DNA of 64,000 nucleotides from Macrostomum lignano (taxonomy: Eukaryota): contig NIVC01000023.1 of NCBI GenBank assembly GCA_002269645.1, positions 372,001 through 436,000 of the forward strand. The letters are read 5' to 3'. A program made the translations under genes and the position numbers. This document shows, piece after piece, positions 10,913-23,109 of this stretch (the first letter of the stretch is position 1; each line of letters begins with the position of its first letter). Under the pieces are notes generated by a model. The model was not told where the DNA came from and searched no databases. It saw only the letters and a list, made by a program, of their open reading frames with translations.

Positions 10913-13049
10913 ATGGTGAAGGCTATGTTTGAGTTTTTGTCCTCGCTGGACTTGACAGTAATTAACAAGATTTACAGCAATTCTTACACAGTTACAAGTT
11001 TGTTCAGGTATGGCAATTGTATTCATTTTTGTGAAAAAAATTGCAGTTTATAAAATATTGTTTATTAATTGGCATTTTTAGTGAGCTGCCAACGCTAGGC
11101 AAGCACCTGCTTGTCCGACTGCTTTTTATTCCATCTGTAATACCCAAGAAAGTGGTATTGGCCTGGTTTACTAAAGAGGCCCAAGAGTCTGAACTGCTGG
11201 AGGCTTTAAAAGTGCTTGAACGGCTTAGAATATTGGAATCAGTTGACGCTGCTGGTGGGATGGCCAGTTATCGGATAAAACCAGAATTTCAGGTCAGTTC
11301 TACTAAAGCTTACTTAGTTGCTTACTTACCAATTTTATAAAATTTAATGAATCGTCACAGGGATCTTTGTAGCTGGCGCCTCATCTGTAGCTGGCGCCTC
11401 ATCTGAAGCTGGCGCCTCATCTGTAGCTGGCGCCTCTTCTGTAGCTGGCGCCTCATCTGTAACTGGCGCCTTATCTGTAACTAGCACCTCCTTTCTGTAG
11501 CTGGCGCCTCCTTTCTGTAGCTGGCGCCTCCTTTCTGTAGCTGGCGCCTCATCTGTAGCTGGCGAGCTGGCGCCTCATCTGTAGCTGGCGCCTCATCTGT
11601 AGCTGGCGCCTCCTTTCTGTAGCTGGCGCCTCATCTGTAATTGGCGCCTCCTTTCTGTAGCTGGCGCCTCATCTGTAACTGGCGCCTCATCTGTAGCTGG
11701 CGCCTCATCTGTAGCTGGCGCCTCATCTGTAGCTGGCGCCTCCTTTCTGTAGCTGGCGCCTCATCTGTAATTGGCGCCTCCTTTCTGTAGCTGGCGCCTC
11801 CTTTCTGTAGCTGGCGCCTCCTTTCTGTAGCTGGCGCCTCATCTGTAGCTGGCGAGCTGGCGCCTCATCTGTAGCTGGCGCCTCATCTGTAGCTGGCGCC
11901 TCCTTTCTGTAGCTGGCGCCTCATCTGTAATTGGCGCCTCCTTTCTGTAGCTGGCGCCTCATCTGTAGCTGGCGCCTCATCTGTAGCTGGCGCCTCATCT
12001 GTAGCTGGCGCCTCATCTGTAGCTGGCGCCTCATCTGTAATTGGCGCCTCCTTTCTGTAGCTGGCGCCTCCTTTCTGTAGCTGGCGCCTCATCTGTAACT
12101 GGCGCCTCATCTGTAGCTGGCGCCTCATCTGTAGCTGGCGCCTCATCTGTAGATGGCGCCTCTTCTGTAGCTGGCGCCTCATCTGTAGCTGGCGCCTCAT
12201 CTGTAGCTGGCGCCTCCTTTCTGTAGCTGGCGCCTCATCTGTAACTGGCGCCTGCTTTCTGTAGCTGGCGCCTCCTTTCTGTAGCTGGCGCCTCTTCTGT
12301 AGCTGCCGCCTCCTCCGCCACCCCCTCTGTAGCTACCGCCCCCTCCGCCACCCCCTTTGTAGCTGCCGCCCCCTCCGCCACCCCCTCTGTAGCTACCGCC
12401 CCCTCCGCCACCCCCTCTGTAGCTGCCGCCTCCTCCGCCACCCCCTTTGTAGCTGGCACCCCCTCCGCCACCCTCTCTGTAACTGCCGCCCCCTCTCTGT
12501 AGCTGGCGCCTTATCTGTAGCAACATCTGTAGCATCTGTAGTTACTTTCTAATAAATGAATTATACGCCTCCGCCTGACAAAAAACAGGCTGTACTTTCT
12601 AAACAAATTCTCTCCAACTACCCCAGGAGAGCCTCCGTCGCGGACTGCAAGGCGGCGGCCAGGCCTGGTACGAAACCGGCTCAGTAGATTCGGCTGGCAG
12701 TGACAAAGGAGGTCGCAGCATCGAACAGTTGGACCAGTTCGCCAAAGAGCACTGGGACTCTCTGCTGCAGTTCATGGTGAACTCGCGCGAACTGGAACGG
12801 GGCAAAGTTAGCAAAGCTGTTGAACAGCTCCTAGTGGACTCCGGACTGTGCGTGCCCGGCGGTGGCGGCGGCGGCGGAGGTCGCGGCAGCGGCAGCGATG
12901 AAGATGACGACGAGGATGACGACGGCGAGGGCGGCGGCGGCGGCGGCGGCTTCACAGTTGGCGAAAGCGGCTTCCGGTTCCTGCTTTTGGATCAGGCCAC
13001 TCAGGTGGGTGTCTGTCTGTGTGCCTGTCTGCCTGCCTGCCTGCCTGCC

Positions 13050-13086
<37 letters not shown>

Positions 13087-15332
13087 GCCTGCCTGTCTGT
13101 CTGTCTGTCTGTCTGTCTGTTTCCCTCTATATCAGTCTGACATCTGCCTTATTTGTATGCTAATGCAGCTTTATGCCCTACCTGTCAATACCAGTGGCTT
13201 TCCTCGTCAGATAACCAGACGCTTCGAATGCGACTCGAACCCACCCCCTACCCTCGCTCGAACCGCAGGTGCAAACCATAGTAGTACATTATCTACGCGC
13301 AGTGCAAAAAGGCTCGGGCAAGATGGCCGGCATCGACCTGTCCGAGGCTATCAACCTGTTGTTCCAGCTGAGCTCGGCCACCCTGGGCCGCAGCTATCCC
13401 ACAGCCTGTCTGCCCAGTCCCAGCCAGCAGTCCTGCCTGCGGCACTGCCGCGCTCTCGGCCTGGTGTATTGGCGCAAACGCTATCCAGGCAGATTCTACC
13501 CGACTAGGCTGGCTACCAGAGCCACTTCCGGTCGGCTGGGACTGGCCGATTCTACCGGAAGTGCCGACGGTAGCGGCGGTGGTGACGGAGGCTATCTAAT
13601 TGTTGAGACAAACTTCCGAGTGTACGCATTTACTAATTCTCCGCTTCAGGTGTGTATAGGATTTGTGTAATGTTTTTCTAATATTAATAAACCAGTGCCA
13701 TTGTTATGGACAACAAAAAACAGATTGACGCTTAACTATCTGAGGATCTAGTGAATTATCTAGCTAATGATCTAGTAAATGATTTAGTGAATTATCTAGC
13801 TGATGATCTAGTGAATTATCTAGTTAATGATGTAGTGAATTATCTAGCTATTGATCTAGTGAATTATCTAGCTAATGATCCAGTGAATGATCTAGCTCAT
13901 GATCTAGCTCATGATCCAGCTGATGATCCAGTGAATTATCTAGTTAATGATCTAGTAAATGATTTAGTGAATTATCTAGTTAATGATCTAGTGAATTATC
14001 TAGCTATTGATCCAGTGAATGATCTAGCTCATGATCTAGCTCATGATCCAGCTGATGATCCAGTGAATTATCTAGTTAATGATCTAGTAAATGATTAAGT
14101 GAATTATCGAGCTAATGATCTAGCTAATGATCCAGCTATTGATCTAGTGAATTATCTAGCTAATGATCCAGTGAATGATCTAGCTCATGATCTAGCTCAT
14201 GATCCAGCTGATGATCCAGTGAATTATCTAGTTAATGATCTAGTAAATGATTAAGTGAATTATCGAGCTAATGATCTAGCTAATGATCCAGCTGATGATC
14301 TAGTGAATTATCTAGCTAATGATCCAGCTGATGATTTAGCTAATTATCTAGCTAATGATCCAGCTAATGATCCAGTGAATTATCTAGCTAATGATCTAGT
14401 GAATTATCTAGCTAATGATCTAGTGAATGATCTAGCTAATGATCCAGCTAATGATCCAGCTAATGGTCTAGCTAATGATATAGCTAATGATCTAGTGAAG
14501 GATCTAGTAAATGATCTAACTAATGATCTAGATAATGATTTAGTGAATTATCTAGCTAATGATCTAGTGAATGATCTAGCTAATGATCCAGCTAATGGTC
14601 TAGCTTATGATATAGCTAAAGATCCAGTTAATGATCTAGCTAATGATCTAGGGAATTATCTAGCTAATGATCTAGTGAATGATCTAGCTAATGATCTAGC
14701 TAATGATCCAGCTAATGATCTAGCTAATGATCCAGCTAATGGTCTAGCTAATGATCTAGCTAATGGTCTAGCTAAGGATCCAGCTTGAAAGTCGAAATCC
14801 ACTTGTTGACATGTCTGCAAAATTTGTCAAAGTTGCAGTTATTTAATTATTTAATTTTACGAGTACAATACGACGTAAAATGCCTCTGTCACTGCAGGTA
14901 GCTCTGGTTGCCCTATTCACCCAGCCGCTGTACCGATTTCCCAATCTATTCTGCGGCCACATCACCCGCCAGAGCGTGGCTGACGCCCTGTCTCACGGCA
15001 TCACGGCCAGGCAATTGCTGTCTTTTATGACCGCCAGCGCGCACCCACAGCTGCGGCAGAGACAGCTGCCAACCGTGCTACCGCCCACAGTGTGCGACCA
15101 GATGTTGCTATGGGAACGCGAGCGCAATCGGTTCACTTTCACTGACAGCGTTCTGTACGAAAAGTTTGCTAATAAACGCGATTATCAAGCGGTGAAGTCG
15201 TACGCGTCCGATTGCGGCGTGCTGTTGCATAGCGTTGATGATCGAATGATTCTGGTGGTTACCAATGCCGGCCACGACGATATCTGCCGATTCTATAAGC
15301 GCTACAAGCAGGAGTCCGCCAGGGGGAACTGA
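10913..15332 (+). CDS. GTF2H4: TFIIH subunit p52 / Tfb2; exons 10913-11007, 11082-11292, 12627-13004, 13269-13649, 14898-15332 (~499 aa)
   Basis: All introns GT-AG with matching phases. Family motifs ELPTLGKHLLVRLLF, SLRRGLQGGGQAW, GFRFLLLD, RFYPTRLA, GYLIVETNFRVYAFTNSPLQ, YRFPNL..ITRQSV..GITARQLL..AHP, PPTVCDQMLLWERERNR. Confidence 0.95.
11365..12530. repeat. Intronic minisatellite, 18/21-bp unit TCTGTAGCTGGCGCCTC(A/CTT)
   Basis: Fills GTF2H4 intron 2; source of ORF-track entries at 11883-12535. Confidence 0.95.
13010..13120. repeat. (CTGT)n/(CCTG)n microsatellite
   Basis: Starts just after the donor of GTF2H4 intron 3. Confidence 0.95.
13740..14785. repeat. Intronic 12-bp-period minisatellite (TAATGATCTAGC/GTGAATTATCTA variants) with higher-order duplications
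   Basis: Fills GTF2H4 intron 4; source of the NDLA-repeat ORFs. Confidence 0.95.
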
Positions 15333-15454
15333 AGCTTTGCCTTACTCTCTTTGTTTGGGATTTCTTCGAATCAGGAATGATTCCCGAAGAGTCTGGGATT
15401 GTTTTAGAAAATTTTAGAAAAATCGTTATGGATTTCCGACACGTTTTTAAACGG

Positions 15455-16200
15455 GATTCCCACGAATCCTAAGGGATTCCACAGAGTTCCCAATTATCCT
15501 AATAGATTGCCCTAAATCCTAAGGGATTCCCCAGAATTCCCAATTATCCTAATGGATTCCCCGAATCTTAAGAGATTATTCAGAATCCTAAGAAATTCCC
15601 TAGAATCCTAAAGGATTCCCCAGAATTCTAAGGGATTCCCTTGCTTGAATCCTAATAGATTGACACGAGTCCTAAGAGATTCCCTTGAATTTTAAGGGAT
15701 TCCCCAGAATCCAAATTTTTCAAGGCATTCTCCCAAATTTTAAGATTTTCCCCTCGAGTCCTAAGGAATTCCCCCCGAATTTTAAGGGATTCCCCCCGAA
15801 TCCTAAGGGATTCTCCCCGAATCCTAGGAGATTCTCCCCGAATCCTAGGAGATTCTTCCCGAATCCTAAGGGATTCCCCCGAATCCTAAGGGATTCCCCC
15901 CGAATCCTAAGGGATTCCCCCGAATCCTAAGGGATTCCCCCCGAATCCTAAGGGATTCCCCCGAATCCTAAGGGATTCCCCCGAATCCTAAGGGATTCCC
16001 CCCGAATCCTAAGGGATTCCCCCGAATCCTAAGGGATTCCCCCGAATCCTAAGGGATTCCCCCGAATCCTAAGGGATTCCCCCGAATCCTAAGGGATTCC
16101 CCCCGAATCCTAAGGGATTCCCCCCGAATCCTAAGGGATTCCCCCCGAATCCTAAGGGATTCCCCGAATCCTAAGGGATTCCCCCGAATCCTAAGGGTCT
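15455..16200. repeat. 21-22-bp minisatellite CCCGAATCCTAAGGGATTCCC(C) with internal dyad
   Basis: Homogeneous at 15860-16195, degenerate upstream; GAATCC and GGATTC are reverse complements. Confidence 0.95.
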
Positions 16201-17029
16201 CCCCAAAAAAAAGGAGTTAAATGTTTTTTCGTTTCCTGCGTCTAACTAATTAAATGCATTCAATAGATGAAAAAATTCAAGCATTTATTCAAAACACTAT
16301 TAGATTTCATGGTAAAATACGAGTCCTGTATAATCTTTCAATCAACAAACGAAAGCATTTTAACATTTGTAAAAAAACGGATAATATTACACAATTTATT
16401 ATCAGTAATACTGTACCAATAAATGTATTACTGCTTATAATACTATAACTGTTATTATAAAAATATATCATAAGTAGAGATCTTCGTCTGCATAATTTTA
16501 TGACTATTATACTTTTTTATAAAACCAATTATATTAGTTGAGGAATTTTTTTTCCAAGTAGTACTGTTTCCGAAAGTATAGTCTAAAAATAGTAATATCC
16601 TTAAATGGCAGTAGATATTTAGCGAGCGGCTGAGTTGCATATTTGAAGTTTTTCTATTCTTTATTAAGTCTTTTAGTGTGTGCGTTTGTGGTGGGTGTGC
16701 AGTTTTTTTGGCACTGGGCCAACAACACTAGATTGCATTAGAGTTTGCTTGTTGAGTGGACCAGTCGTTCTCACGCACTTTCTCTCTGTGTGTATGTGTT
16801 ATTCTCTCTCTAAAGGCCCTTTTTTCTCTCCTCTGGGTCATTAGGTATTACTCTGCTTTTGTATCATGCAAGCTCTTATTTGCACTCTTCTTTATCTGTT
16901 TAGCATTTGTACTCCAGATTGGTTGAGTTTAGTAATCGATATTGGAGCAATTAGTACTTGTTAGTCTTAGTGAGGGTAGGGTGTCTTATTCTGGATTTTT
17001 GCTCTTGTGTAATGACGTTTCTTTTACTG

Positions 17030-17910
17030 TAGTTGTGTAATATCAGTTTGTTAATGATTGTAGAATATCAGATTACTGTAGTTGTGTAATATCAGATTAC
17101 TGTAGTTGTGTAATATCAGGTTACTGTAGTTGTGTAATATCACATTACTGTAGTTGTGTAATATCAGTTTGTTAATGATTGTAGAATATCAGATTACTGT
17201 AGTTGTGTAATATCAGGTTACTGTAGTTGTGTAATATCAGGTTACTGTAGTTGTGTAATATCAGATTACTGTAGTTGTGTAATATCAGGTTACTGTAGTT
17301 GTGTAATATCACATTACTGTAGTTGTGTAATATCAGATTACTGTAGTTGTGTAATATCACATTACTGTAGTTGTGTAATATCACATTACTGTAGTTGTGT
17401 AATATCAGATTACTGTAGTTGTGTAATATCACATTACTGTAGTTGTGTAATATCAGATTACTGTAGTTGTGTAATATCACATTACTGTAGTTGTGTAATA
17501 TCAGATTACTGTAGTTGTGTAATATCACATTACTGTAGTTGTGTAATATCAGATTACTGTAGTTGTGTAATATCACATTACTGTAGTTGTGTAATATCAG
17601 ATTACTGTAGTTGTGTAATATCACATTACTGTAGTTGTGTAATATCACATTACTGTAGTTGTGTAATATCACATTACTGTAGTTGTGTAATATCAGATTA
17701 CTGTAGTTGTGTAATATCACATTACTGTAGTTGTGTAATATCAGATTACTGTAGTTGTGTAATATCACATTACTGTAGTTGTGTAATATCACATTACTGT
17801 AGTTGTGTAATATCACATTACTGTAGTTGTGTAATATCACATTACTGTAGTTGTGTAATATCACATTACTGTAGTTGTGTAATATCAGGTTACTGTAGTT
17901 GTGTAATATC
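17030..17910. repeat. 24-bp minisatellite TTACTGTAGTTGTGTAATATCA(C/G)A
   Basis: More than 30 near-perfect copies ending ~90 bp before the RNF168-like ATG. Confidence 0.97.
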
Positions 17911-18002
17911 AGGGCAGAACTGCCATCAGCTCTGGATGCAGATGCACCAGGGTAACTGCATCTCCACCTCCATCTGTTTCAGCTTCCGCAATAAAACAAA
18001 GC

Positions 18003-19888
18003 ATGAAAACTCGCAGAAAGAAGCAGCACCAGACTCCAATCGAATCGTCAAGCTCTTCATCATCGGCCTCGTCAGAATCATCGGATTTAGAATCGTTCAC
18101 CTGCCCAGTCTGCCTGTCGGTGATGGTGAAGCCGGTGCTGTTGCCATGCCAACACGAGCTGTGTCTGGGCTGCCTGATGCAGGCCTGCTCAGGCGACTGG
18201 TGCAGCCTGGCCTGCCCCCTGTGCCGCCGCCGGCTGTCCGTGTGGATGCGCCGAGCTCGCAATCCGGAGCTGCTGGTCAACCAGGACAAATGGCGGCGCA
18301 TTCAACAGCTGCACCCGCGGCTAGTTGAAGTTGTCGAGGCTGGCGGCAGCGCCGACAACGGGGCCGAGCGGCGTCAGCTGGCGCAGCCGGGCGAGCTGCA
18401 AGCTGAGTGGCAAGCCGCGGTGGACGCCTTGACTGCCGAGCGTCGGGCACAGCAGGCGACCGAGGAGGCGGCTTCGTTGGCGCTGATTCGCCGACTGCGC
18501 CTGGCCGAAGCTACGGCGACAGCGATGTCACCGGCGGAGCAGAGCATGGCTGAGGATATCGCTCTGGCTGACGGTGAGTGCTGTGGTGGCCTCTGAAAAA
18601 TCGCCACTTCTTTGAAAAGATTGCTCTAATCTATCACCATGAGAATTACTTTGTAAAAAATTCCCCTCCGTTAAAAACACCTCAAAATTCTCTTTTAAAA
18701 AACCGCCTTTAAAAATCGCCTCTAAAGAACCCCCCCCCCTAATTAAAACTCCTTTCTAAAAAATCGGCCATTAAAAATCGTCTCCTAATGAATCTCCACA
18801 TAAAAAATCTCCCCCCCTAAAGAATCTCCGCAATTAAAAATCGCCCCCTAAAGAATCTTCACATTAAAAATCGCCCATAAAATCTTCACATTAAAAATCG
18901 CCCCCTAAAAATCTCCGCAATTAAAAATTCCAGCCTTTGAGAATCACCCCATTAAAAATCGTCTTTAAAGAATCCCAATTAAAATCGTCCCCTAAAGAAT
19001 CGCCCAAATAAATTTCACCACTAAAAATCTCCCCAATTAAAAATCGCCCCCTAAAGAATCGCCCCATTAAAACTCGCCTCTTAAGAACCCCCGCATTAAA
19101 AATCGCCCCTAAAGAATCGCCCCAAAAAGAATCGCCCCAAAAAGAATCGCCCTTAAAATCGCCCTTGAAGAATCGTCCCTAAAGAATCGCTCTATTAAAA
19201 ATCACCCTTAAAGAATCGCTCCTAATAAATCTCCGCAATAAAAATCGTCATAAAAAATCACCCCCTCCCAGCGGCGATCCCAGACGAGCCCCAGTCCGAG
19301 CCAGGCGACCCGCTTGCCGCTCCGCCAATTCGCCGTCACGACTCCGACGAGTCTTCGGCAATTGTCGACAATCGTTGTCGCCTGTTCTCCGCCACCGCCG
19401 CCGCCTACCTGCGCTGCGACTCGGTTGACAGCATCGGGCCGGAGCTCAATCAGCATTTCCGGCCAATTCAAGCGATGCCGCTGACGCCAACTAAGCCGGC
19501 GAATTCTACGCCGGCATCCACAGCGTCAGGATCGGCGGCTACGCCAGGCTCCGTCAGGAAAGTCGTGCACCGCCCGAAGGCTACTAAACGCCAGAGTCGC
19601 AGAGCTGCCGCGGCCGCTGCAGCCGCCGCTTTGATATCTGGCGGCGGCCGGCCTCGACGGCTGCTCCGGTCGGCCAGCGTTCAAGAAACCGCCTCGACAT
19701 CGTCGACAACTTCAACGAAACCGTCGTCTCGTTGTCTGCGCAGCCAGATGTCTGTAGTGGTGGAATCGCCGGCCGCTACTGCTGGCTTAGAAGAGAGCCT
19801 GCTAGTTGAAGCCGAGAGCTGCTCTGCGGGTAGCGGCGGCTACAGCTTGCGAAAGCTTCATCAACAACAGCAGACAAAGTTTGAGTAA
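18003..19888 (+). CDS. RNF168: RNF168/RNF169-like RING E3 ubiquitin ligase; exons 18003-18573 and 19272-19888
   Basis: C3HC4 RING (CPVC..PVLLPCQHELCLGC..CPLCRRRLSVW), LVNQDKWRRIQQLHP, QPGELQAEW and MIU-like EEAASLALIRRL recall human RNF168; exon 2 has DSIGPELNQHFRPI (cf. RNF169) and a terminal YSLR. Phase-1 GT-AG intron 18574-19271. 3' end less certain (GTAAG overlaps the stop). Confidence 0.82.
18650..19260. repeat. Degenerate ~15/30-bp minisatellite (AAAAATCGCCCC / CTAAAGAATC)
   Basis: Fills the RNF168-like intron up to the acceptor at 19271. Confidence 0.85.
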
Positions 19889-19999
19889 GGCTTAAATACT
19901 GCAAGTGTCCTATTCTTTCTCATTTACCCTGTCTGCAATAATTTGTCTTGTGAATTACGGTTATACATTATCTTTTAATTTTTCCACCTTACTGTCCTT

Positions 20000-20400
20000 A
20001 CCCTCTTTACCCTCTTCCCTCTTTACCCTCTTCCCTCTTTACCCTCTTCCCTCTTTACCCTCTTCCCTCTTTACCCTCTTCCCTCTTTACCCTCTTCCCT
20101 CTTTACCCTCTTCCCTCTTTACCCTCTTTACCCTCTTCCCTCTTTACCCTCTTCCCTCTTCCCTCTTTACCCTCTTTACCCTCTTCCCTCTTTACCCTCT
20201 TTACCCTCTTCCCTCTTCCCTCTTTACCCTCTTCCCTCTTTACCCTCTTTACCCTCTTCCCTCTTTACCCTCTTCCCTCTTTACCCTCTTCCCTCTTTAC
20301 CCTCTTCCCTCTTTACCCTCCTACCCGCTCTTTTCCCTCTTCCCCTCTTTACCTTATTCCCCCTCGTCTCTCCCCTCTGCCCTCTTCCTTTTTTACCCCC
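20000..20400. repeat. Pyrimidine-rich repeat (CCCTCTTTACCCTCTT)n
   Basis: Explains the LPSSLFTLFP pseudo-ORF 19905-20507. Confidence 0.95.
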
Positions 20401-21329
20401 TTCCCCTCTTTGCCCTCTTCCCTTTCTTTAATCACCCACATTTCTATCCTCTGCTGGTCTCTAATTTTGTATTTCAAAAGTTCTCTAATCATTTCCCCTT
20501 CCACTGAGCCAACAGCAGTTAGTCTTATTTGCCAAAGGCTGCAGCACACTTCTAGTCCTCCAAAAATAATGGCTATTGTTATCGCTTTAACCGACGTGTA
20601 TTGCCGATTGCAGATATTTATTAATTGCAAAATATTTAATTTTTAATGTATTTTTTGTACCTGTGTATTGTGTATGCTATAATTTTTATACATTTGTAAC
20701 GCAATAAACAGCTTATCAATATAGTCAATATAGCTATTTAAAATTCTAATATTAATGAGCATTTTATAAGCTTATCAGTAGTATGTCAAGCGTGCTTTAT
20801 ATTTCTCTTATTTAATGAGTTTTTGAGTTTTTGTAATCTCCAGCGTTATGCTGATTTTTTCACTTGGCCATGTATGATTTATTTAATTTACCAATGACTT
20901 AGTTGCCATGGCATCTATTATAATTTATAAAGCATTTTATTACTAAGCTCCATAGTTTAAAAGCAGATTGTTGCTTTTAATTTTGCCGTCGTGTAAACTA
21001 ATTTATATATTGCTATTAGTAGTTGACTTTAAAATGTTTCTAGAACAGCTGTTTCTTTATTTAATGCTTGCTTATTTATTGATTTACTTAACTTTATTGT
21101 TTATTAATTACTTCGTAAATGATTTTGTTAGTGCTCTTTTAATTTTTTCAAGTTTTTTCTGAAAATTGCCAATTACTGAAGGAGCAGCAAGGATCTCCAA
21201 ATTGCCTGGCTATTGTGTAAGATTTGTTCCGGTCTCAGTTCTTTGATTTGGAAATTTAAAAAGCATTTACTTTGATATCTGGATTTTAGGGCTAAGTTGT
21301 CAGTTTTTTTCTTTTTTGAGGGTCAAGCA

Positions 21330-21820
21330 ACTCCGCTTTGAGCCATAGCATCTCAGCAACTCCGCTTTGAGCCATGGCGTCTCAGCAACTCCGCTTTGAG
21401 TCAATTGGCGTCTCAGCAACTTCACATTGAGTCAATTGGCATCTCAGCAACTCTCCATTGAGTCAATTGGCATCTCAGCAACTCCCCCATTGAGTCAATT
21501 GGCATCTCAGCAACTCTCCATTTAGTCAATTGGCATCTCAGCAACTCCCCCATTGAGTCAATTGGCATCTCAGCAACTCTCCATTTAGTCAATTGGCATC
21601 TCAGCAACTCCCCCATTGAGTCAATTGGCATCTCAGCAACTCCCCCAGAAAGCCATGGCATCTCAGCAACTCCCCCATTGAGTCAATTGGCATCTCAGCA
21701 ACTCCCCCAGAAAGCCATGGCATCTCAGCAACTCCCCCATTGAGTCAATTGGCATCTCAGCAACTCCCCCAGAAAGCCATGGCATCTCAGCAACTCCCCC
21801 ATTGAGTCAATTGGCATCTC
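21330..21820. repeat. 31-32-bp minisatellite GCAACTCCCCCATTGAGTCAATTGGCATCTCA
   Basis: About 14 copies ending ~130 bp upstream of the Rho ATG. Confidence 0.93.
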
Positions 21821-21949
21821 TAAATCCTAAATTATTAATTTGTTTCAATTATACAATTTATGCCAGATCAAACACCTCTCCACTATCAGAGACAGGAGTG
21901 TGCCAGACTTATCAAAGAAACTCACCGCTGTTAATTTGGCTGCCTCTTA

Positions 21950-22774
21950 ATGGACCAGCAGCAGCAGCAGCAACAGCAGGACTCTTCTGTTGTATCAGAT
22001 GGCGCCTCAGCCACCAGTCCTCAGCAGCCGCCAGTTACGGTGAAATGCGTCGCAGTTGGAGATTCCTGCGTAGGCAAAACAGCCAGCCTGATCAGCTACA
22101 CAACTAACGGCTTCCCCAATGCCTATACGCCAACTACGTATGACACTTATTCTATTGATGTTCGCGTTGATCACCGCTGGTGCCGGGTGGCTCTGTGCGA
22201 CACTCCCGGCTTGGACCATTTCGAGCAGATCCGCCCCTTAGCCTATCCGGACGCGCACGTCTTTCTGTTGTGCTTCGCAGTCGCCCAGCCGGAGTCGCTG
22301 GAGTCCTTGAAAGCCAAGTGGCTGCCGGAGTTGAATGAACACGCTCCCGCGCACGCCGCTCGACTGCTTATTGGTTTGAAATCCGATCAACGCGACGACG
22401 CGTCGATATTGTTAGACTTGTCGTTGAAGAATTCTGCACCGGTTAGTAAAGAGGAGGCCGAGAAGGCCTGCAGACAGCTTGGCGCACTGGAGTACATCGA
22501 GTGCAGCGCGCTGACTCAGAAATGTCTCAAAGAAGTGTTCGACACGGCCATCTGGGCCGGTTCGAGTGTTCAAGAAGCCCTGGCTACTGGGGCGGCGGCG
22601 TCCGGAAAGTCTGGCAAGTCGCGAGGCAAGAAATCCAAAAGCTCAAAGGTGAGCGACCAGAGTGGCTGCAAGTTGATGGCTAAAAGAGGCGCGGATGGCG
22701 CCAGGCAGCAGCAGCAGAAATCTTCCGGCTTGTTGCAACGACTTTTCTGCGTGGCTGATCACTCCGCGAACTGA
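21950..22774 (+). CDS. RHOU: Intronless RhoU/RhoV (Wrch-1/Chp)-like small GTPase, 274 aa
   Basis: G1 GDSCVGKT, subfamily-typical SYTTNGFP, G3 LCDTPG, G4 LKSD, G5 YIECSALTQKCLKEVFD, Lys-rich tail ending LFCVADHSAN with no CAAX. RhoU versus RhoV cannot be separated by eye. Confidence 0.85.
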   Translation: MDQQQQQQQQDSSVVSDGASATSPQQPPVTVKCVAVGDSCVGKTASLISYTTNGFPNAYTPTTYDTYSIDVRVDHRWCRVALCDTPGLDHFEQIRPLAYPDAHVFLLCFAVAQPESLESLKAKWLPELNEHAPAHAARLLIGLKSDQRDDASILLDLSLKNSAPVSKEEAEKACRQLGALEYIECSALTQKCLKEVFDTAIWAGSSVQEALATGAAASGKSGKSRGKKSKSSKVSDQSGCKLMAKRGADGARQQQQKSSGLLQRLFCVADHSAN

Positions 22775-23109
22775 GCGAATTAATAAATCAATTATCGATT
22801 TTTATTGCTTATCTATTTTCATTAATTAATAATAATTTATTTACTTCTAATTCTATTGTGCATTGTTTTTAACCTGGGTAAAAACTTGCTTTTTAAGGTT
22901 TTTTAGCACCTGCCTTGTTGCAGAGTAACATGTAGAATGTAAAGTACTGTGTGTACTCTGAATTTTTCTCCTGCTATATATTTACGAGTCCAGAGATTTC
23001 CATTTTCTGTCTGCCTGGATCGTTAAATAATCAAATATATCTGTTGATATAATGGGCCTCGTTCTTCTTATATTATTATTGAAGGAGTTATGAAACTTGT
23101 TGGTCAGTA

